Below, piece by piece: positions 12,697 through 25,598 of a stretch of 64,000 nt of DNA. The notes beneath the pieces were generated by a model. The model had not been told where the DNA came from. It ran no database searches and saw nothing but the letters and a program-made list of their open reading frames with translations. Position numbers and translations under genes: made by a program. The stretch's first letter is position 1. Each line of letters opens with the position of its first letter. This DNA is from Octopus sinensis (Eukaryota). Location: the NCBI RefSeq assembly GCF_006345805.1, contig NC_043009.1, positions 71,300,001 through 71,364,000 on the forward strand, written 5' to 3'.

Positions 12697-13484
12697 ATTA
12701 CATGGGAAAATGCAAGCAAGAGAAATGATATTCTTAAGGTTATAAATCTGGAAAAGTACAGGACAAGAAAATTTTTACTTAAATATTGTAGCTAAGGATA
12801 AAATTTCAGATAAAGTATTCAGATTTAGAAAATATTAGCTTTTATTAAAACTTAAAATTTTGTTACAAGTTATTCTATTTGTTTTTCTTGTTACTTCTAT
12901 TAAAAATTAAAATAACTCAAAATATTTTTTGCACTTTAAAAAAAATTCATTTTTTAAAATTAACAATCAATGATCAGAAATTTGAAAATAGGTTATAAAA
13001 TAGTAGTACACAATTAGTAGAATAAATAGAATAATACAAAAATTAGTTATATATTACAGTAAAATCTACCTATAACAACAAATTCACAGTAAAATTTGCT
13101 TGAGTTGTTGCTTAAGTTATTGCCAAGTCTTCACATTTTTAGTCTTGACCCAATGTCTATTTTTTAGATAATGAATTTGCCTACCTTATATTCTAGTCTA
13201 CTTTGCATAAAACTTTAGCTATATTGGTACTTCTGGCTCTCATTTTAAAGTATTCTAGTGTGTTAATATTTTAACAAAATGATGGTACCTTCTTTGATTA
13301 TAATGCTACATTGTAAATTAAAATCAACTAATTTTTAATATTCATATTTTATCCTTAGCTGCAATATTTTAAGTGAAAATTTTCTTTTTTCTGTACTTTA
13401 CCAGATGTAATAACTTGTCCTCTACATTTCCAGATTTATAATCTTAAGAATATTATTTCTCTTGTTCGCATTTTTTCATGTAAT
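12697..13484. repeat. Inverted repeat, arms 12697-12804 and 13346-13484, around a very AT-rich spacer (MITE/fold-back-like)
   Basis: attacatgggaaaatgcaagcaagagaaatgatattcttaaggttataaatctgga...gctaaggataaaat matches the reverse complement of the right arm with scattered mismatches and a ~30-nt insertion. Confidence 0.8.
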
Positions 13485-14094
13485 CCATGATTTTTGCAGG
13501 CTATGCTCTTATGCTAATTAATAATGTATCAAATGTGTCAATAAACGGTGTTGATGATGATTTTTTCCTTACGTCAATGATGCCGGTGACATATATTAAA
13601 AGTCCCCTTATAGAACTATATTCACAAAAAAGTATAGAACTATATTATCACCCTCTAATTTGAGAAACAAACCCTCATAACTATTTTTCTTTTAAAACTT
13701 CATTGCATGAGATTGGTACCATCAAATTCCTCGAATTGAGCTCTATCATTTAAAGTAGTTTGTATTTAAAATAAAAAGTTAATTATATTTAAATCCAATT
13801 TTTTGCCTTACTTGTATTTATTTTTTTCATGATATCTTACCTCACAACTTTTTTGATACAAATTTTTGTTGCATGGGACCAAAAATATAAAGTTCTTCAT
13901 GCTTCCATCTATCATTGAAGCTAAGATAAATATATTTTGCTTTTAAAATAAAAAACATTATTTAGATCAAAACTTGATTAGTGACGTTACTTACTCTCCT
14001 ATAACGTTGCTACAAATTTTGATGCAAACTTTTTCCTTCTGGATCAAATCTCAATTTTTTATGCCAAAATACCGCGCGTCAGGTATCAAAGTGG

Positions 14095-14215
14095 ACTGGA
14101 GTAGCGAGAAATGAAGTGTTTGGTTCAAGAACCCAACGTACCACCCGGTCTAGGAATTGAAATCACGGTCGCTAGATCGTGAGTTCAACACCCTAAACAC
14201 AAAACCATGCGCCCT
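14095..14215 (-). mobile_element. SINE family C head
   Basis: Minus strand ggcgcatgg...gggtgttgaactcacgatc...gatttcaattcc...ttgaaccaaacacttcatttc. Confidence 0.6.
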
Positions 14216-14228
14216 CATATATATATAC

Positions 14229-14274
<46 letters not shown>

Positions 14275-14280
14275 ATATAT

Positions 14281-14349
<69 letters not shown>

Positions 14350-14871
14350 CATACTCACAAACACACAGGTGCGCGTGTGTATGCGCGTTTGTAGAACAAC
14401 CCTACTACAAATCAGTCTTCATTTGTAAACACCTAAAAAATTATAAATGTCTTATTATTATTAAGTAGAAAGATTATCAGAAAAAAAACAATTTTTTCAA
14501 ATATTGATACTTTACCAAGGACTTTCTATTTCATATTCTCATATATATATATATATATATATATATGATGAGAGGCAGAGAAAGGAATTCACGAGACTCT
14601 TTATTCAAAATCACAGCCATAGTTTCATCTCATCATGCACACGTACCTTACAGGTGACTTTTCAAATAAGTACCTCGTTTTTTACTTGCCGTTTCGCTTA
14701 TTTTTATAACGCATTTTTAGTTGTTGTAACATTTCATCCGTTCCATAACGAACTGAGACAGAACGAAAGAATGTCGCTCATATAAATAATAAAAACCATA
14801 AATCACTCTGACGGAAGTAGCATTATTTGTTTTAGGTCGTTCACTTTTTCTCAACTGATCAACAGACCGAT

Positions 14872-15167
14872 CTATACATACATGCATACATACATACATA
14901 CATACATACATACATACATACATACATACATACATACATACATACATACACATACATACATACATACATACATACATGCATACGTACATACATACATACA
15001 TACATGCATACATACATACATACATACATGCATGCATGCATACATACATACATACATACATACATACATACATACATACACATACATACATACATACATA
15101 CATACATACATACGTACGTATATACATACATACGTACGTACATACATACGTACGTACACACGTACAT
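14872..15167. repeat. (TACA)n tetranucleotide microsatellite with TACG/TGCA variants
   Basis: Direct reading; source of the MYVC/HTYI ORFs. Confidence 0.95.
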
Positions 15168-16385
15168 GCTGAATTTTTGGTTTCATCTGGAGTGCTCTCC
15201 ATTGCACAGCGCTTCTGAAATCAGAGAACTCTGCTTTCAGCAAAACCGAATTTATTTCAATCAGTTCAGTTAATTAATTAACTGGATGTCATTTATTCCT
15301 GAAGAGGTATACAATTAGACACACATATGCAGATAACTACAGCCACACACATACGCATATATCCTTACCTTGAAGGACTTCTGAAAATTGTGACTGCCGT
15401 GAACCAGGGAAGGATCCATTGCACGATTACTCGAAATGCTAGAAATTACAGTCAAATTTCCTTCAGATCACACATCGTAACATTATCACGGAAAACAGAA
15501 CATGTCAGAGAATGTAGTTCCTGTTAAAACTATAAACAAGATGGTCGAGACTGGAATCTATTTTGTCATAAGCCTGTTTGGTTAGCAAACTTATGATAAA
15601 AGTAGCCCCCATATGATAGATAAACCTCGCGGAAATAGAGGCCAAATCCCTTTCAAATCGCATCTGCTGCTCTGTGGATCCTAAATATATAAAATGATGG
15701 ATGGTTAGAAACTAAAAGCCTTTCATTATAGGACACTCGCGGTAAAAACAGAAACCAAATCTCCTTCAAATAATACAATCTACCACATTAGATATGGTGC
15801 GAATGCTCCGTCTACGTAATGAATTCCCCTCTAGGGAGCCTTCAACTTTATTACCTCCACCATAAGCAGCCATTAACTCCCTAAACGCACCCATTTACCA
15901 GATGTTTTGCGGTATCAAAACCGATGGTGTTTTAGAATTAAATCTGCCATTCGCCAGTCTTCTCCATCGTCGCCGACTGAACTTCTCTAATCTCTTTGAT
16001 CCTCCTCTAATCTCTTCTACGATGATCTACTTTTCTTGACCTGTTGACAATATATTTTCACATCATCTACCGTTTTTTACTTTTGTGTCTGATTTTCTTA
16101 ACTTTCAGCCAAAACAATGGAAGGTTGAACTGCACTTTACAACCAGGATTCGCATCTCAATTAAGTGGGATGGGCGATGGAATAAAGTTATTACATCATT
16201 TACAAAGGAGTGACACAGATTTTTAACTCAGAATGAATAGCCAACCCACTAAATACGTGCTCGCCGCATCACCGTTTCACCTTCTCCTTACGTCAGTTTC
16301 TTTACAATAGCGTGATGGCGAAAGATAGCAAAAGGGTTTTGCAGTCTGGACAAAAGAATTGTTAAATAACCCCACCAACAGAATA

Positions 16386-16405
16386 AAGAAACGGGACATT
16401 ATAAA

Positions 16406-16502
<97 letters not shown>
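16386..16502. repeat. (AAT)n microsatellite
   Basis: Direct reading. Confidence 0.95.
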
Positions 16503-16504
<2 letters not shown>

Positions 16505-18633
16505 GATCGCACAAAGATGTTTTTATTTAATTTTCTTTCATTCATTCTGTGATAAGAGAGGAGTGGGATTACAAATTATTAAAACACGCCGTGACGTCGT
16601 TACCTACGAGCAATTTGTTTTGAAAAATGCGAAAATGAATAAATATACAAGATGGTAAAATAAGCGTTTTAATTAAGGATGACAAAAGCAGATTAGATAT
16701 CATAAAGTGATAAGGGCAAACGGGAAAGGTCAATACTTCAAAGATTGTTTGTATGAAATGTCAGAAGAAAATCTATGGAAAATTTTCTACAAACAATTTG
16801 ATGTTGCATTGAAATTATTTAAACACTTTGTGATGGAGAGAATGGTTGAGTGTGCGAGAAGATACTGGAAAGTGGGGAGCGTGTCACGGTTTCAAATCCC
16901 ACCCCCATTGCAAAGCCCCATTTGACTAAGGTCTTAAAGTTTCTGAGAAAGGAATAAAAGTCATCGCATCACAGTTCCTTATTTGTTGTTGTTTAACCCA
17001 AATGTAACTGAGCAGACCTCTGGTTGAAAGCGTTCCAGTCATGACTAACAAGTCTATTTTTGACATACTATATTTAAGATAACATTATCCAGTGTGTTCC
17101 TCTTATGATGGTAGAATGTGATTTGAGAGAGATTTGACTGTAATTTCCAGCAGGTCGCTTCTGTGGAACAAAGGATTAATTTTCAGGAAGTCGAATTCAA
17201 TCCGAAGACTTGATGAAAGTGATTTCACTTCCCTCACATCACTAATACCCCTTTTTTCTTGACCCCTATAGTATGGAATCCTCTGCCAAATCAAATGATG
17301 CTATTGTTTAGCTCGGTAAAAGGCAACTGCGTTAGTCAAGTGGTTATTTCTTTATTACCAACAGTCGTGTTGCTGAAGAATAATTCTTTGGATTCCCATA
17401 TTTCACTCAAACTTCGCAGTAACGTCTAACAGTTCATGCACGGTCACTCGACTAACAGAAATAATAACCAAGACTACCCCAGATCACACAGGGATACATT
17501 TTCTCAAAAAAAGAAAAATGACAAGAAAAATGAGTGAATAATTACGACAGAAATAATTTTCATTGAATACACGCTGGATCAGGTTGGACATGGAGCTTAA
17601 GAAAGGCATCAGCAACATTTGATAAGCCTGCATTTTTAAAGGCAGTTAGGTCTCATTGGAGTGGTTGTGTGGTCAAGAATTCTATTTTATAATTACATGA
17701 TTCCAGGTTCAATCCCGCTGTAGTGTCTTAGGTTAGTGTCTTATACTACAGCCTTAAGTCGATCGAACTTGCATGGACTGTACATGGTGTATCGTAACAG
17801 ACTTCATCCGTCGCCCGTTTTAACACCAGCAGTCGGGTCTTGAGTGCCATCAGCAGAGTTCACTCTGTTGCGGGTATAAGATCCATGCTTTCCATCTAAA
17901 TATATCTTCTTAAATATACAAGGAGACGGGAGGTTCACAGCTAGAATACCTGCGCAGTCGAAGCTGACCTAGAACTTTCTACCCACCTCTAAAATATAGG
18001 GTATCTATACTTTTTACTCAAAAAGTAACCCGTACTAATATCTCACAATGGCAAAAGGTACAAACACATGTGGTGGGGATTCGGCTTTTCGTTGTCGACC
18101 CGAGTAAGTATCTGATATTCTATGCTCTCCCAACGAAAATTATGAAGGGCAGAGTCGACTCTGTAAGATTTTAAATGAAGAGACAGAACCAAACTAAATA
18201 ATATAATACATGTATTTCAGAAGCTGAAATCTCGAGAAAACTTTAATCCACGGCTGAAAACATTCGATTACAACAAAAGTTCAAATGCTATGGATCTCGT
18301 TCCCTTCAACTGAATTTCCTGTCCTTTGAACTAGTTTATAAATGGTTAATTATTCTAAAGGCACGTTGATACACCGCCACTGTTATCCTCAAGCAGATTC
18401 AGTGGGACACAATGTGTGATAAATCTGTAATGTTTCGAATGCAGGCACATTCCAACCGTCGCGCTTCCGCACAGTTTCCGGCTACCAAATTTTGCTCACA
18501 AAGCATGAATCGATCCCAGGCTATGAGAAATGAGCAAGATGCCATGCAATAAGATCGAACCCAGCCATGGTTAGGATTCTTTTCATTTCACCATCCACCA
18601 TCACCCTAATACGAAGTTGCATACATCCCGTTT

Positions 18634-18746
18634 CCTTCTTCTTCTTCTTCTTCTTCTTCTTCTTCTTCTTCTTCTTCTTCTTCTTCTTCTTCTTCTTCTT
18701 CTTCTTCTTCTTCTTCTTCTTCTTCTTCTTCTTCTTCTTCTTCTTC
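18634..18746. repeat. (TTC)n microsatellite
   Basis: Direct reading. Confidence 0.95.
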
Positions 18747-18747
18747 T

Positions 18748-18950
18748 CCCCCACTACTTCTGCTCGTGATCAGAGATGCACATATCGTCAGCCACTAAGG
18801 GACATGGTAAACTGGTTAAGGTCAAACAACTGACAAGCAAATCTGTGGTATTGAGCAGAATATTTGCTGTGGCCCATCTTTTATACCAAGACAAAACAAT
18901 GTACATGATAACACTTCCAATCAGTTAAGATCAGAAGCCATGAGAGCCAC

Positions 18951-18952
<2 letters not shown>
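18748..18952 (-). mobile_element. Partial copy of the non-coding (AAT)n-associated element (family X)
   Basis: Near-identical to 51555-51760 and to the reverse complement of 63402-63575; lies between (TTC)n and (TTA)n. Strand is inferred from the (TAA)n side. Confidence 0.8.
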
Positions 18953-18999
<47 letters not shown>

Positions 19000-19000
<1 letters not shown>

Positions 19001-19410
19001 GTATATGAAAACTCACAGCTGGGTATGATGGAAGGCGTCAGCTGTCCATAGACAGCAGACTAAGGTGGCACTTGTTTACTGGTCATGCTTCAAGAACCCT
19101 GCAAAGAATACTTGCAGTTCCAAGCAAGGCTGATTTGTGTATGTGTTCTACCTTCACACTAGCATCGATCTGTTTCAGCCATGTTGGTAGTGGAGTACTG
19201 ATACTTCCACGTGCACCAATTACTATTGGCACCACTTCTACTCTCTTCATTAACCACAACCTTCGTATTTCCCACTTTAAATCGTCATAGTCGTTTATTT
19301 TTCCTTCTTCTTTCACATTGATCCTGTTGTCACCGGGGCATGCTATATCGATTATCGCATACGTTCTTCCTTTTTTATTCACCGTAACAATATCGTTATA
19401 TCCCACAGGT
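19000..19410 (-). mobile_element. R4/Dong-type LINE 3' fragment (RLE domain)
   Basis: ORF 19083..19406 reads DIVTVNKKGRTYAIIDIACPGD...KINDYDDLKWEIRRLW...VVPIVIGARG...LLGTASILCRVL; it ends in (TAA)n on its own strand. Confidence 0.85.
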
Positions 19411-20113
19411 TTTTGCAGTTTTCAGGATTCAAAAACCGACGACCTTCCTTTCTGTTCAAGAAATAAATTCTCTTCTTTTCTTCATTAATTACAGGATAAT
19501 AGTTTCGCTGCTCTGGATTCAAATCCTGCAGTAATCAACTTTGTCTTTCCTCATTTCGAGGTCGATAAATAAAGTACCAGTCAAAAACTGCAGAAGTGTG
19601 GAATTGTGTGAGACTCAGGTGTGATGTTTTTTTTTTGGGGGGGGGTATTGCTTCCGGTTGTTCTGAGCACAGCTCCCACCCCCACCCCTTCGTCACGTGG
19701 CTAATCACAGTACGAAACGGTAGCTTCGGAAACTGGCTAATAATGATTGGTTCCCATTGTCAGACAGAGAGATGCATTAATTAAAACATTTCCGAGCTTT
19801 CGACATGGACGACGAGTGAACTCTGCACCGATCGAGATAAACATTAGGACGAAACAAAACTGCAGTGTTGTTGTATGACTCCAGGTCAACTCTATCATTA
19901 AAGATGGCTGCTACTTTCAAATCGTAGCCAATCCGTCTTTTCTACCACACACAGAAGACGCGGGAACAAGTAACCAGATGTGTCTGTCTTTTCTTAGGCG
20001 GTGTGTAATTTGAGGCAGATTTAGTGACTATTTCTAATATGTATGATCTCAACAAAGTCCCTCTGCCTCATGATTTCTCTATTGCGACTACTTTTTAAGA
20101 TTAGCCTTGTTTT

Positions 20114-20175
<62 letters not shown>

Positions 20176-20176
<1 letters not shown>

Positions 20177-20517
20177 GCAACGTTTCTCTAAAAGAAATGG
20201 AGAAACTTTCAAAATACAAAGACCTGGAAATAGAGGTAACCAGAATGTGGAATCTAAAAACAGAAACAATTCCTATCATAATAAGTGCATTAGGCATGAT
20301 AAAAAATATTCAGACAAATACATAACAAAAACACCAGGACTTACAAACACATATAACATACAGAAAATTGCACTACTAGGCACTGCACACATCCTACGCA
20401 GAACACTTTCCATACAATAACCAACAGAGTATCACAACAAATCACAGCACATACCCAAGGCACACAGAGCTGCGCTCGGTAGTGAAGTGAAAGCACGCTA
20501 TAAAAATAAAACTACTG
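20176..20517 (+). mobile_element. R4/Dong-type LINE 3' end, same subfamily as 52817-54880
   Basis: Near-identical to 54535-54880 (NVSLKEMEKLSKYKDLEIEVTRMWNLKT plus 3' UTR); (AAT)n on both sides. Confidence 0.92.
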
Positions 20518-20597
20518 AATAATAATAATGATTATAGGAACGACTAGCGCTGGTACTTAAAGTAGCTTCAGAATCATTTTTAATATCTCACATCAGA

Positions 20598-20765
20598 AGG
20601 CTGCGAGTTAACAGAATTGTTAGTCCGCCGGACAACATGTTTAACGGTATTTTGTCTGTCTTCATGTTCTGAGTTTAAATTCCGCTGAGGTCGACTTTGC
20701 TTTTCATCCTCTTGAGGCTCTGGGGTCGATGTAATCGATTTACCTCCCGCTCCGAAATTAGTATT
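20598..20765 (+). mobile_element. SINE family A, degraded
   Basis: gttctgagtttaaattccgctgaggtcgactttgcttttcatcc. Confidence 0.75.
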
Positions 20766-20906
20766 GTCATACCTGTAGGTGAAGTCAGTGGGAATTCCAT
20801 AACAGAGACACTTTTTGTAACCGGACCAAAAACTCAAGCATTATTACATCGGAACACATGTCTTTTACCTGCAAACAAATTTGTATGATTTAAGTGAGAT
20901 TTAGCT

Positions 20907-20907
<1 letters not shown>

Positions 20908-20974
<67 letters not shown>
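20908..20974. repeat. (CT)n microsatellite
   Basis: Direct reading. Confidence 0.95.
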
Positions 20975-20976
<2 letters not shown>

Positions 20977-21966
20977 GTGAGCTGGCCAGGTAGAAACTTT
21001 TGTTGGTTCGTTATGCAAAGTGTTTAGAGGCATAGGAAGTAAAACAGTTGTAGCTGTATTAGCAGAAGTCTGTGGAGGAGTCGTGACTCAACAGCAGTTT
21101 ACTATTTGCTCTAGAATCGCATTTATATTCATTAGTAATACAAGTTTGTTTGCTTTTTGTCATGTTTGTTCTTCTTTTACTTTTTTTTTCGGCTGGCTGA
21201 CTATACTAGATTGCGAGTTGATAACTTATAGCAATAAATCTCAGTGTAGAGCAGACATAACTGACACAATGGGTCTGTTGTAACTTCCACCTCTCACAGT
21301 TCAACGAAACTCGAGTAAGTTGAGCTGAGTGTTTTGTCATTCCAAACGCCGTAGCGGGTCAATGTATTCAAAGTCAGATTTCAAAAACGCCTTCCTTTTT
21401 CGTATGTTGTTAGACACAGAAACAACAGAATTATGTAATATCTATAGAAACAATCATTAACGTTGTATAACTAGAAGCTGTTCGCTGAATTGACAGCTAC
21501 AGGCGAATTCGCGTGCCGGTTTCGATTCCTACTCGGAACAGTTTGACAATCATCAGAAAGAAACATGATAAAGGTCGACGCAATTTCTTGTCAAACCTCC
21601 TAGTCTGTGGCTACATTAGAAACCATTATTTATTATTTCACAACAGATTTTCCCTTTCAAATTTCACAAAATTTACGACACGTTCATAAAATATTAGAGA
21701 TTTTGAACCGGATACTGAAAGCAACAAAAGAGTTCGTATATTTTGTTGTGTTCCTCCAGTTTACAACTTTGAGCTTCGTATCCGTCTCATCTCACGGCAC
21801 CTATTTGCAACCGGATGACATTAGAAAAAAAGCAAGATATGGTTTGGCATCGGATTCTTGCAACGCTGCTAAAGAAATACGAACTACAGGCTTTTTGTTT
21901 GATGGTGCATACTGTGAAAGATTCACTCGACAAATACTTACTGAATAGATCGACTACAAATAATGT

Positions 21967-22170
21967 TCATACATACACACATACATACATGCATACACAC
22001 ATACATACATGCATGCATACATACATACATACATACGTACGTACGTACGTACATACATACATACATACATACATACATACATACATACATACATACGTAC
22101 GTACGTACGTACATGCATACATGCAAACGTATGTACATGCATACATACAAACGTACGTACATGCATACAT
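21967..22170. repeat. (TACA/TACG)n microsatellite
   Basis: Direct reading. Confidence 0.95.
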
Positions 22171-22724
22171 ACCGAGTATGACTTTTCCAACCACCAACAC
22201 TGAAAGAGTACATATACATGGACACTAAACTAGTTAAAACTAACAACATACAACCACACAAGTAATACACGAAAAGATAATTAATGTCGAATAACTTTGA
22301 AGAAATTTGCAAAGTAAAAATATAAAAGGCCAAAAAGATAGAGTAATGAGTCTAAGGTGGACTTTTAACAACGATGTTAGAAAGGTCGATGCAGAATTTC
22401 AGTCTTGGTCAACTTACTTTACAAAGACTCTCCCTGATAATGCTAAATGCTCCAAAGACAAACCGAAGCTAAATCTATGGCTCAGCAATTCTAATGGCTG
22501 TTACATTGGCGTCTCCTTCTCACAATCTTCCTCCGCCTTTTCAAGGATTTCGTATTTCATATTGCAGAATGTCCAACAATCACCGTCCTCTCCAAAAGTA
22601 AGCTCGACGGAGTTGGCAGTTTAGGTGCCGTCGACCCGACCTGTGCAACAGGTTGTTGTGGGTTGCATGTTACTTGTAGCGCTCGAGAGCAGCCTGGCAT
22701 AATACATACATACATGAAGCGCAT

Positions 22725-22784
<60 letters not shown>

Positions 22785-23000
22785 CTGTGTGTGTGTGTGT
22801 GTGTGGTGTGTGTGTGTCAGTTAGGTGGTTGTTTTATAGGTCGACAAATCATTCAGTTCCTGTACATCTCAACCAGGCTGACAGTAAGTGATGTAGTTAT
22901 ATCTTAATATTAGTGGCAATTGTGCGTGTGTATGTGTCCGTGTGTGTGTATGTGTCCGTGTGAGTGTGTGTATGTGCGTGTGTGTGTGACAGAGAGAGAG

Positions 23001-23031
<31 letters not shown>

Positions 23032-23799
23032 GAGACTTGGATGCAATCGGTTCATATCAGGGTGACTGTCTGGAGATTGATGTAGTAAAAAACAGAAATT
23101 TGAGTTTGATTATCGAAGAATGAATGTGGGGAACCTGAAGAGATAAGCTATGGGTCGATGAGAAGAAGCAATTAAATAAGATATTTCTCGTCAGCCGAGA
23201 ATTTGGCGGTGAGAAACATCAGGGAGAATCTTAGGAGAATCATATTTGTGCCAGACTCACTCGAAGGATTCGATTCCGAGACATCGTGGAAATATAACGA
23301 GAGGAAACACTGTCTAGTGTCTTTCTGCTTTTCTTACACGGTAGAGTGTGATTGGAAAGGGATTTGGCTGCTCTGCCGAGAATCTGCAAGTCCTAAGAGA
23401 TGGGAGTTTATGAATGTCTCATCCCCTATTAGCTATTAGAATCTAGTGTGATAGACCTGTAAATGACAGGGTCAATAAAGGACTGGTTTCGTGGACGGCA
23501 GGGTCAATGATGTTTCCGTTTGTAATGCCTTGCAACTCCATAGCTCTAAAATCATTGATGTTGTTGTTGTAAACACAATCCACAAGTGTCTCGTCCAGAC
23601 AGTCAGTAAATAGAAATGCAGAGAGAAAAATGTCGGAATGGTAAGCACATGCTGTAGATGACAATGCGATAAACGTATTCTGTTGGTGTTGCGTTAGTTA
23701 CACAGAAATGGCTAAAGAAGAGGACGGCGATGGCAGCGGATATCGACCAGAACAACGCAGCCTATAAGACACTGGAAGGCAGTCGAGAGAAATCGATTT

Positions 23800-24990
23800 T
23801 TACATTATTTGTCTAAAGATAAGATGTAATATGAACGAATGAATAAAAAAAAATGATTAAATGAGTAAATGAACGAATGTGATTTAAAGAGATATAAAAA
23901 TGTTAGTGAGTTGCACAAGGAGAGCGTAAAAGGAAAGAAAAAAGGCAAGCGATTATCGTCTTCAAGACTGGTGACTGCCTTGTAAAAGTCGTTGAATAAT
24001 AAATAGCTCAGTAGGCGACGGAGCAATGGAAATAAGCAGAGATTAACAGGAAATTGCGGTACCATAAACATTGTTGGTCGGTCTCATCGCTCACCTGGTA
24101 TAATATTACCAGCTGGCCCTTGGGTCCCTTTCGGGGAATCCATTCTATAGCAAGTATCGGGGGTAGGTCTGCGGGCTGAGGATAGCTCATTCCCTTTTCC
24201 CACAAGTCCTTAGGGACGCACTGCCCTCTTCCTCACTCGAGTTCTGAGCGACAATAAATATATCCTTCGTAGTTGTCGCAGTTGCAAAACCTTGCTTTTC
24301 ACTGATGAGAACTGATCCTAACGTGGCAATTTCCTTCCAACAACCCTTTTTATTTTTATTGTTGCTGGATGAGTGGTGGTTGTTGTTGTTGTTGTTGTCG
24401 TCGTCTAGCACCAACCCAGTTTCAGTCGAGAAATCTACAATTAAAAGTATCCCATCATAATGCTTTCCAACATCGATACTAAAGTAATTTTATACATTGT
24501 ACAACTCGGATCGATCCCAATCAACTTCTAATCTTAGTAGAAAATATACTGATTTTCGCCATCATTCTTTAAGACGTAGATGCCTGACTTTCGAGGTATT
24601 TGGCTGCTACGTCTAGCAAGTCAAATATCCTAGGAGAAATTCGCTCATTGGTCCAAACAGTTTCTGCTTCGGGTGAAAAAGTTACGATCAGAAGAATGCA
24701 CTCGTTGCACTTACTCCGACCTCGAACGCTGAATCGCAAATTAGCTTAGTTTTCCTACAATTTCACGGACGTCCCATTTGCAAGTGATGTCTACTGGTGC
24801 TGTTCGGGGGACTTTGGACCATTTTACAATCAGCCAGGGAAACGAACCCTGGGACAGAATGAGGGAGGGTTTCTTTGTTGTGGTCCTTCGTACTCTAAAG
24901 ACTGGAAATCAGGTTTGATTTGGAATTAGACAACTACAACAACAATGTTACAAAGGAGAAGTGTGTGTGTGCGCGTGTGTGTGCGCGCGC

Positions 24991-25026
<36 letters not shown>

Positions 25027-25160
25027 GTGTGCGTGTGTGTGCGTGTGTGTGTGTGCGCGCGTATGTGTGTGTGTGCGTGTGTGTGTGTGTGGTGTGTGTG
25101 TGTGTGTGTGTGCGTGTGTGTGCGTGTGTGTGCGTGTGTGTGTGTGCGCGCGTATGTGTG

Positions 25161-25194
<34 letters not shown>

Positions 25195-25554
25195 CCAGAG
25201 AGATCGGTCTGTCAGTGTTTAACTGTGCAACTTTTTCTTTTCTTTATATTTTATTTCAAGGATTCATCACATGTGAGAGCAAAAGAGATGTCTATTTTAT
25301 TACGTTGGCATTGCAGTCCCTGGCAGCTGCCAGACTAAGGACGGATTTCATGTTCAATTCAGCTGAATCCGATTTAATGCTTCTGGTTTGCGCAGCTGTT
25401 AACCTTTTTATAATCCTACAAACCAACACTCACCGCCATTGCTCTACAATCTGATTCTACTCTCTCTCTCTCTCTCTCTCTCCCTCTTCCTCTCTCCTGT
25501 TCTCTCTCTCCCTCTTCCTCTCTTCTGCTCTCTCCCCTCTCTCCCACTCCCTCC

Positions 25555-25598
<44 letters not shown>

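Noticed and set aside
16690-16900. L1/Tx1-like C-terminal remnant (NLWKIFYKQFDVALK...ERMVECARRYW)
   Set aside because: The resemblance is faint and I cannot support it without a search.
20777-20872. 96-nt minus-strand exon with AG/GT boundaries
   Set aside because: All three frames contain stops.
22307-22624. 105-aa ORF and its protein-looking antisense frame
   Set aside because: No motif recognised; the antisense frame has internal stops.
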